Below, one piece after another: positions 59,249-64,000 of a stretch of DNA of 64,000 nt. This DNA is from Prevotella sp. (GTDB lineage: Bacteria; Bacillota_I; Bacilli_A; ML615J-28; CAG-313): contig JAMPDF010000001.1 of the NCBI GenBank assembly GCA_023665755.1, positions 479,474 through 543,473 of the forward strand. The letters run 5' to 3'. Both the position numbers and the translations under genes were made by a program. Below the pieces are notes generated by a model, which was not told the origin of the DNA, made no database searches, and saw only the letters and a program-made list of their open reading frames with translations. Within the stretch, counting starts at the first letter, position 1. Every line of letters begins with the position of its first letter.

Positions 59249-60859
59249 TTATTGTTTATTCTTTTGATAAGCTAATGCATGTTCAATAAATGCTACAAAG
59301 AGTGGATGTGCTCTATTAGGTCTAGAACTAAATTCAGGATGAAATTGACATGCTAAAAACCATGGATGATCCTTTATTTCAACGATCTCAACTAAACCAC
59401 TATCTGGATTCTTACCCGTTGCTATCATACCTGCTTTTTCCATTTGTTCTAAATATCGATTATTGAATTCATAGCGATGGCGATGCCTTTCAAAAATATT
59501 TGTTTTTTGATAGGCTTGATAAGCAGCCGATTCCTCCTTAACTTGACATTCATATGCACCCAAACGAAGTGTTCCTCCCATATTAATCCCTGCATATTGA
59601 TCTGGTAAATAATCAATGATAGGATGAGTAGTAGTCTCACAAAGCTCAGTAGAATGAGCATCTTGTAATCCCATTACATGTCTTGCAAATTCAATTGTTG
59701 CTAGTTGCATTCCTAGACAAATACCAAAATATGGAATTCGTTTTTCCCTCGCATACTGAATCGCAGCTATTTTTCCTTCAATTCCTCTAGGTCCAAACCC
59801 ACCTGGAACCAAAATTCCATCTGCATCTTGTAAATACATATCTGCATTTTCTTCTGTAATATCATCAGCTAAAATCCAATTTATAGTCACTTTTTTACCA
59901 AATACATATCCAGCATGTTTGAGTGCTTCATTAATGGAAATATACGCATCCTGTAGTTGAACATATTTTCCAACTAGTGCAATTTTTACCTCACCCGACA
60001 ATTTTCGAATGGTTTGAATAAGACTATTCCATTCATCCATATTTGGTTTTTCAGTTTCCAATTTGAAGAAATCGCAAATATATTGGTCTGCACCTTGATT
60101 AAATAAATTATTAGCCACTTCATATAAAATTTTGACATCTTTTGAAACTACAACAGCCCTTTTATCTACATCACAAAATGAAGAAATTTTTTCACGTAAT
60201 TCATAATTGATATCCATTTCAGAACGAAGCACTAGCATATCAGGCTGAATTCCTAGTGAACGCAATTCTTTGACACTGTGTTGCGTAGGCTTAGTTTTTA
60301 ATTCTGATGCGGCTTTAACAAATGGCACAAGAGTTGTATGAACATAAAATGTATTTTCTATTCCTACATCTCGTCTCCATTGCCGAATGGCCTCAAGAAA
60401 TGGAAGCGATTCAATATCCCCTACTGTTCCTCCAATTTCTGTAATGATAATATCTGCTTTAGAAGTCGTTGCGGCTGAAATGAGTCTTGACTTAATTTCA
60501 TTGGTAATATGGGGGATAACTTGTACTGTTTTTCCAAGATAATCTCCTGCTCGTTCTTTTCGAATAACCGATTGATAAATTTTGCCTGAGGTTACACAGG
60601 ATTCTTTAGTCAATTCTTCATCAATAAAGCGCTCATAATGTCCCAAGTCCAAGTCCGTTTCTGCTCCATCAACAGTAACATACACTTCCCCATGTTGATA
60701 AGGACTCATTGTACCTGGATCGACATTGATATAAGGATCAAATTTTTGCATAAACACTTTTAATCCCCTATTTTTCAATAATCTTCCTAGTGATGAAGCA
60801 ATGATTCCCTTACCAAGACTAGAAACTACACCACCTGTTACAAATATATATTTTGCCAT
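59249..60859 (-). CDS. pyrG: CTP synthase
   Basis: [18 protein letters not shown]... synthetase domain plus GATase (GICLGMQ). True start is the internal Met with a GGAGG RBS; the ORF track's 35-aa N-extension runs through the leader. Confidence 0.93.
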   Translation of the reverse strand: MAKYIFVTGGVVSSLGKGIIASSLGRLLKNRGLKVFMQKFDPYINVDPGTMSPYQHGEVYVTVDGAETDLDLGHYERFIDEELTKESCVTSGKIYQSVIRKERAGDYLGKTVQVIPHITNEIKSRLISAATTSKADIIITEIGGTVGDIESLPFLEAIRQWRRDVGIENTFYVHTTLVPFVKAASELKTKPTQHSVKELRSLGIQPDMLVLRSEMDINYELREKISSFCDVDKRAVVVSKDVKILYEVANNLFNQGADQYICDFFKLETEKPNMDEWNSLIQTIRKLSGEVKIALVGKYVQLQDAYISINEALKHAGYVFGKKVTINWILADDITEENADMYLQDADGILVPGGFGPRGIEGKIAAIQYAREKRIPYFGICLGMQLATIEFARHVMGLQDAHSTELCETTTHPIIDYLPDQYAGINMGGTLRLGAYECQVKEESAAYQAYQKTNIFERHRHRYEFNNRYLEQMEKAGMIATGKNPDSGLVEIVEIKDHPWFLACQFHPEFSSRPNRAHPLFVAFIEHALAYQKNKQ

Positions 60860-60884
60860 TATTAACCTCCTGCAAATCATTAAA

Positions 60885-60964
60885 AAAAGAAAAAACCCGA
60901 TTAATCGGGATAGCGCTCTTTTAGGCGCCCTTATTATTATATAAAAAAAGAAATTTTTTGTCAA
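60885..60964 (-). promoter_or_regulatory. pyrG promoter and reiterative-transcription-type attenuator (B. subtilis-like)
   Basis: Minus strand: TTGACA (rc of 60959-60964), 17-nt spacer, TATAAT (rc of 60936-60941), then ITS GGGCGCC (rc of 60924-60930). Followed by terminator CCCGATTAATCGGG (60896-60909) plus U-run, then GGAGG-ATG. This matches the B. subtilis pyrG GGGC/poly-G antitermination architecture. Confidence 0.65.
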
Positions 60965-61049
60965 TTAAAAGCGAAGGAGATTTTTTGAAATCGTTTTCTA
61001 ATTAAAAACCTTTTACTAACATTTTTTATTATTATATAATATAAGTGTA

Positions 61050-61122
61050 AAAGTCATATAATCTCAATAATATGGTTTGGGAGTTTCTACATTATCACCG
61101 TAAATGATAATACTATGGTACA
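61050..61122 (+). promoter_or_regulatory. Purine riboswitch aptamer (guanine/hypoxanthine type, C discriminator)
   Basis: TCATATAATCTCAATAATATGGTTTGGGAGTTTCTACATTATCACCGTAAATGATAATACTATGG has P1 (CAUAUA/UAUGG), AUAUGG...GGGAGUUUCUAC and CACCGUAAAU cores, and a C before the 3' P1 strand. Promoter TTTACT-17-TATAAT sits at 61012-61040. Confidence 0.8.
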
Positions 61123-61190
61123 ATTGAATCATCAAAAAAACCGCTGTTATGGCTTTTTACAACAAAATTTTTCAAGGAGGACTTCTTTTT

Positions 61191-62714
61191 ATGGAAGACA
61201 ACAAACAAAAAAATGTTGGCAAGCTCGACAGCTTTTTTGGCGTTTCTAAAGCTGGGTCAACACTAAAGGTGGAGGTATTAGCAGGTATCGCAACATTCTT
61301 GGCAATGGCATACATTTTAACTGTTAATCCTAACCAAATTTTACTATTCAACATTGCAGATCCAAAATGGCCATCTGTCTTTATTGCTACTGCGTTAGGT
61401 GCTGTAATTGGAACACTATTAATGGCTCTACTTGCTAAAATGCCACTTGCACAAGCTTCTGGTATGGGACTTAACTCTCAAGTAGGTTCAATTCTTGGTG
61501 GATTTATGGGATTTGCCTTCTCATTTGGCAATGCTATGCTTTTGGTATTAATCAGTGGTATTGTATTTTTACTTCTATCTATTATTCCTGCAGGTAAAAA
61601 CAAAACAACAGGTCAAGTCATCACATTAAGAGAATTAATTTTTGTAGGTATGCCTAAGGCTGTACGTACAGCAATTCCAGTTGGTATTGGCCTATTTATC
61701 GCTTTTATTGGATTGCAAAATGCAGGTATTGTTCAAGATAATCCTTATACATTATTACAATTTGTATCTTTGAATTCAAAAGAAGCTTGGGCTGCTGGCG
61801 GAGTAGCTAGAACTGCTATTGTTGGTCTATTTAGTTTTGTTGTAATTGCTGTATTATCTCACTTTAAAGTAAAAGGCGCTGTTGTTTTAGGTATTCTTGC
61901 TGCAACTCTTCTTGCATGGCCTTTAGGTGTTACCGATATTGATATCCTTCTTGGCAAATCAAGTGGTGTAACTTGGAAATTCTGGGAAAATTTTGCTAAC
62001 TTCTTCTCATTTGACTCTAGTAAAGGTGGTATTTTTGCTGCTGCTTTCACTGAAGGATTCAATTTCCCAGAAGGATCTTTAATGACTTGTATTATGCTTG
62101 TCATTACATTTGCAATGATTGATATGTTTGATACTATGGGAACTGTTGTAGGATGTTGCGCAAATGCAAATCTTTTAGATGAAAATGGTGTTCCACAAAA
62201 TTATGGAAAAATCATGTTATCTGATTCCATTGCTACTTGTACTGGTGCTGTTTTAGGTACTTCTACTGTTACAACTTTCGTTGAATCAGGTGCAGGTGTT
62301 GCTGTAGGTGGAAAAACAGGATTAACTGCTTTAATTACTGCACTTTTATTCTTATTATCTATTTTCCTATTACCAGTATTTGCATTTATTCCTAGTGCTG
62401 CTGCAGCTGGTGCTCTTCTTTATGTTGGTGTTTTGATGATGTCTAATGTAAAAAATATTGACTTCTCTACTCCAAAAGCCGCTGTTCCAGCATTCGTTAC
62501 TATTGCAATGATGCCACTTTCTTATTCTATTACTAATGGTATTGGTCTTGGATTAATTACTTATGTTATTATTGCATTATTTACTTTCTTAATTGATGCC
62601 ATCAAATATGCTTGCAAAAAAGGCGATAAACCAAAATGGGAAATTTCTGTTGTCGCACTTATTGTTACTGCATTATTCCTTGTTTACTTCTTAGTTCCAA
62701 CGATTATTAAGTAA
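61191..62714 (+). CDS. Purine (guanine/hypoxanthine) permease, NCS2 AzgA/PbuG family
   Basis: Start at MEDNKQKN with an AAGGAGGA RBS (the ORF track start at 61149 lacks an SD); AzgA-like polytopic profile; downstream of the guanine riboswitch. Confidence 0.85.
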   Translation: MEDNKQKNVGKLDSFFGVSKAGSTLKVEVLAGIATFLAMAYILTVNPNQILLFNIADPKWPSVFIATALGAVIGTLLMALLAKMPLAQASGMGLNSQVGSILGGFMGFAFSFGNAMLLVLISGIVFLLLSIIPAGKNKTTGQVITLRELIFVGMPKAVRTAIPVGIGLFIAFIGLQNAGIVQDNPYTLLQFVSLNSKEAWAAGGVARTAIVGLFSFVVIAVLSHFKVKGAVVLGILAATLLAWPLGVTDIDILLGKSSGVTWKFWENFANFFSFDSSKGGIFAAAFTEGFNFPEGSLMTCIMLVITFAMIDMFDTMGTVVGCCANANLLDENGVPQNYGKIMLSDSIATCTGAVLGTSTVTTFVESGAGVAVGGKTGLTALITALLFLLSIFLLPVFAFIPSAAAAGALLYVGVLMMSNVKNIDFSTPKAAVPAFVTIAMMPLSYSITNGIGLGLITYVIIALFTFLIDAIKYACKKGDKPKWEISVVALIVTALFLVYFLVPTIIK

Positions 62715-62723
62715 ATCTTATCA

Positions 62724-62755
62724 AACTTTGAATGTTTATCATTCAAAGTTTTTTT
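62724..62755 (+). terminator. Intrinsic terminator after the purine permease
   Basis: AAACTTTGAATG-tttatc-ATTCAAAGTTTTTTT. Confidence 0.75.
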
Positions 62756-62818
62756 CATTTTTACTGAAAAAATCACTTTTTTATGATAAAATACATACTA
62801 TAAGAAAGAGTGAATATT

Positions 62819-64000
62819 ATGAACGATCTAAAAGAAAAACAATTTCTTTTTGAAAAAATGAATATCCCCAAGGCCGTTTGTTACTTGGCTATTCCTACGA
62901 TTATTAGCCAATTGATTACAATCATTTATAATTGGGCAGATACCTATTTTATTGGACAATTGAATGATACTTATCAAATGGCCGCAATTACTATTTGTCA
63001 TCCCGCTTTTATGATGACTACCGCAATCGCCAATCTTTTAGGTATTGGTGGGGCTAGTGCTATATCACGAGCTTTAGGTGTAAATAATCAAGAGCGCATA
63101 CAAAAAATTGCTACTGTAAGTCTTTGGGGGTCTATCATTATATCTATTGCCTATGCTTTATTGGTTTTTGTATTTCAAAGACCTCTACTTTCCATTTTGG
63201 GCGCTACACCCAATACCTATACTTTTGCGAGTCAATATTTATTTTATGTCGTTATACTAGGTACACTACCATCCGTACTCAATTTTACCTTGTCTCACTT
63301 GATTCGTTCTATTGGTATGTCAAAAGAATCAAGTATTGGTATTGCTATGGGAGGAATCATCAACATATTACTCGATCCTCTTTTTATTTTTGTTTTTCGC
63401 TTAGATGTAGTAGGAGCAGCTATTGCAACACTGATTTCAAATATACTTGCTACTTTTTATTTTATTCTATTGCTATATAAAACTCGAAAGAAAAGTCCCC
63501 TTCGCTTTCATTGGCATAATCTTAACAGTCAAGAACACGTGACTTTAGAAATCATCGGATCTGGTTTATCTAGTTTTCTTCTTTCTTTAATGGCCCTACT
63601 CAGTAATACAGTTATTAATAAGTTAATGTCAAATGTTGATGAAGCAGCTATTTCAGGCGTAAGCATTGCCAAAAAAGTAGATCTTTGTATTATTGCTTTT
63701 GCACAAGGTTTATCCCAGGGTATTCTTCCTCTTGTTGGCTATAATTATGCCTCCAACAACACCATTCGTATGAAAAAGACAATTTATTTTTCAGGGATCA
63801 CAATGCTTATTTTTGCTACTCTTTGTGTCATCTTATTCAGTATTTTTCCTAAACCCATTGTCCAACTATTTATAGAAGACGAAAAGACGATTGAATATGC
63901 TAGCCAATTCTTACGAATATTATGTATTTCCATGCCACTTACCTCGCTTATTTTTTTAGGCAACACGATATTCCAGGCCACAAAACAAAATATTCGGGCG
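62819..64000 (+). CDS. MATE family efflux transporter (C-terminus beyond window)
   Basis: MNDLKEKQFLFEKMNIPKAVCYLAIPTIISQLITIIYNWADTYFIGQ... typical MATE N-terminus; open to the window end. Not in ORF track because no stop is reached. Confidence 0.75.
   Translation, partial: MNDLKEKQFLFEKMNIPKAVCYLAIPTIISQLITIIYNWADTYFIGQLNDTYQMAAITICHPAFMMTTAIANLLGIGGASAISRALGVNNQERIQKIATVSLWGSIIISIAYALLVFVFQRPLLSILGATPNTYTFASQYLFYVVILGTLPSVLNFTLSHLIRSIGMSKESSIGIAMGGIINILLDPLFIFVFRLDVVGAAIATLISNILATFYFILLLYKTRKKSPLRFHWHNLNSQEHVTLEIIGSGLSSFLLSLMALLSNTVINKLMSNVDEAAISGVSIAKKVDLCIIAFAQGLSQGILPLVGYNYASNNTIRMKKTIYFSGITMLIFATLCVILFSIFPKPIVQLFIEDEKTIEYASQFLRILCISMPLTSLIFLGNTIFQATKQNIRA

Noticed and set aside
60860-60964. 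N-terminal 35-aa extension of pyrG in the ORF track ([21 protein letters not shown]...)
   Set aside because: The extension reads through the pyrG promoter/attenuator; the canonical [10 protein letters not shown] start has a GGAGG RBS.
61149-61190. Longer start for the purine permease (MAFYNKIFQGGLLFM...)
   Set aside because: No SD upstream of 61149, whereas AAGGAGGA precedes the ATG at 61191; the extension would overlap the riboswitch expression platform.
63124-63480. 118-aa plus-strand ORF and 63784-63981 minus-strand ORF
   Set aside because: Both are out-of-frame or antisense ORFs inside the MATE transporter gene (62819->), low-complexity Cys/Tyr-rich translation typical of wrong-frame AT-rich DNA.
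1-64000. Searched for CRISPR arrays, tRNA/rRNA genes, transposases, phage structural genes and toxin-antitoxin pairs
   Set aside because: No direct-repeat/spacer periodicity, no tRNA-like T-loop (GTTCGAATC/GTTCAAATC) contexts, no DDE/IS hallmarks seen by eye; the numerous antisense ORFs in the track (e.g. 2615-2812, 3282-3605, 4953-5165, 35736-36239) lie inside well-supported genes and were discarded.

Overview
This is a low-GC Bacillota (Firmicutes) chromosomal segment, almost all core housekeeping genes, read by eye with no similarity searches. Gene order matches several Bacillus subtilis blocks: trmFO-xerC…rpsB-tsf-pyrH-frr, polA-mutM-coaE…dnaB-dnaI…thrS, miaB…cotE, and recA…rny-ymdB-spoVS. 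The cotE, spoVS and SafA-like genes imply an endospore former. There are no rRNA/tRNA genes, CRISPR arrays, transposases or prophage. Accessory content: two tandem feoA-feoB cassettes, each followed by a small FeoB-associated Cys-rich membrane ORF missing from the ORF track, with a divergent DtxR-family regulator and DtxR-box-like palindromes; a standalone ~900-aa gamma-class N6-adenine DNA methyltransferase (MmeI/PglX-like) with no nuclease or BREX partners in view; a MutM-CoaE fusion ORF; an orphan HEPN-like (Rx4HxY) protein; large Listeria-Bacteroides-repeat lipoproteins; Pro/Tyr-rich putative coat proteins; amino-acid and multidrug ABC transporters. Cis-regulatory RNAs: thrS T-box, guanine-type purine riboswitch, a pyrG reiterative-transcription attenuator, and two unclassified terminator-containing leaders (amino-acid ABC operon, uracil permease). 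I found no compelling wholly novel multi-gene system; the methyltransferase locus and the feo/DtxR module are the best accessory candidates.
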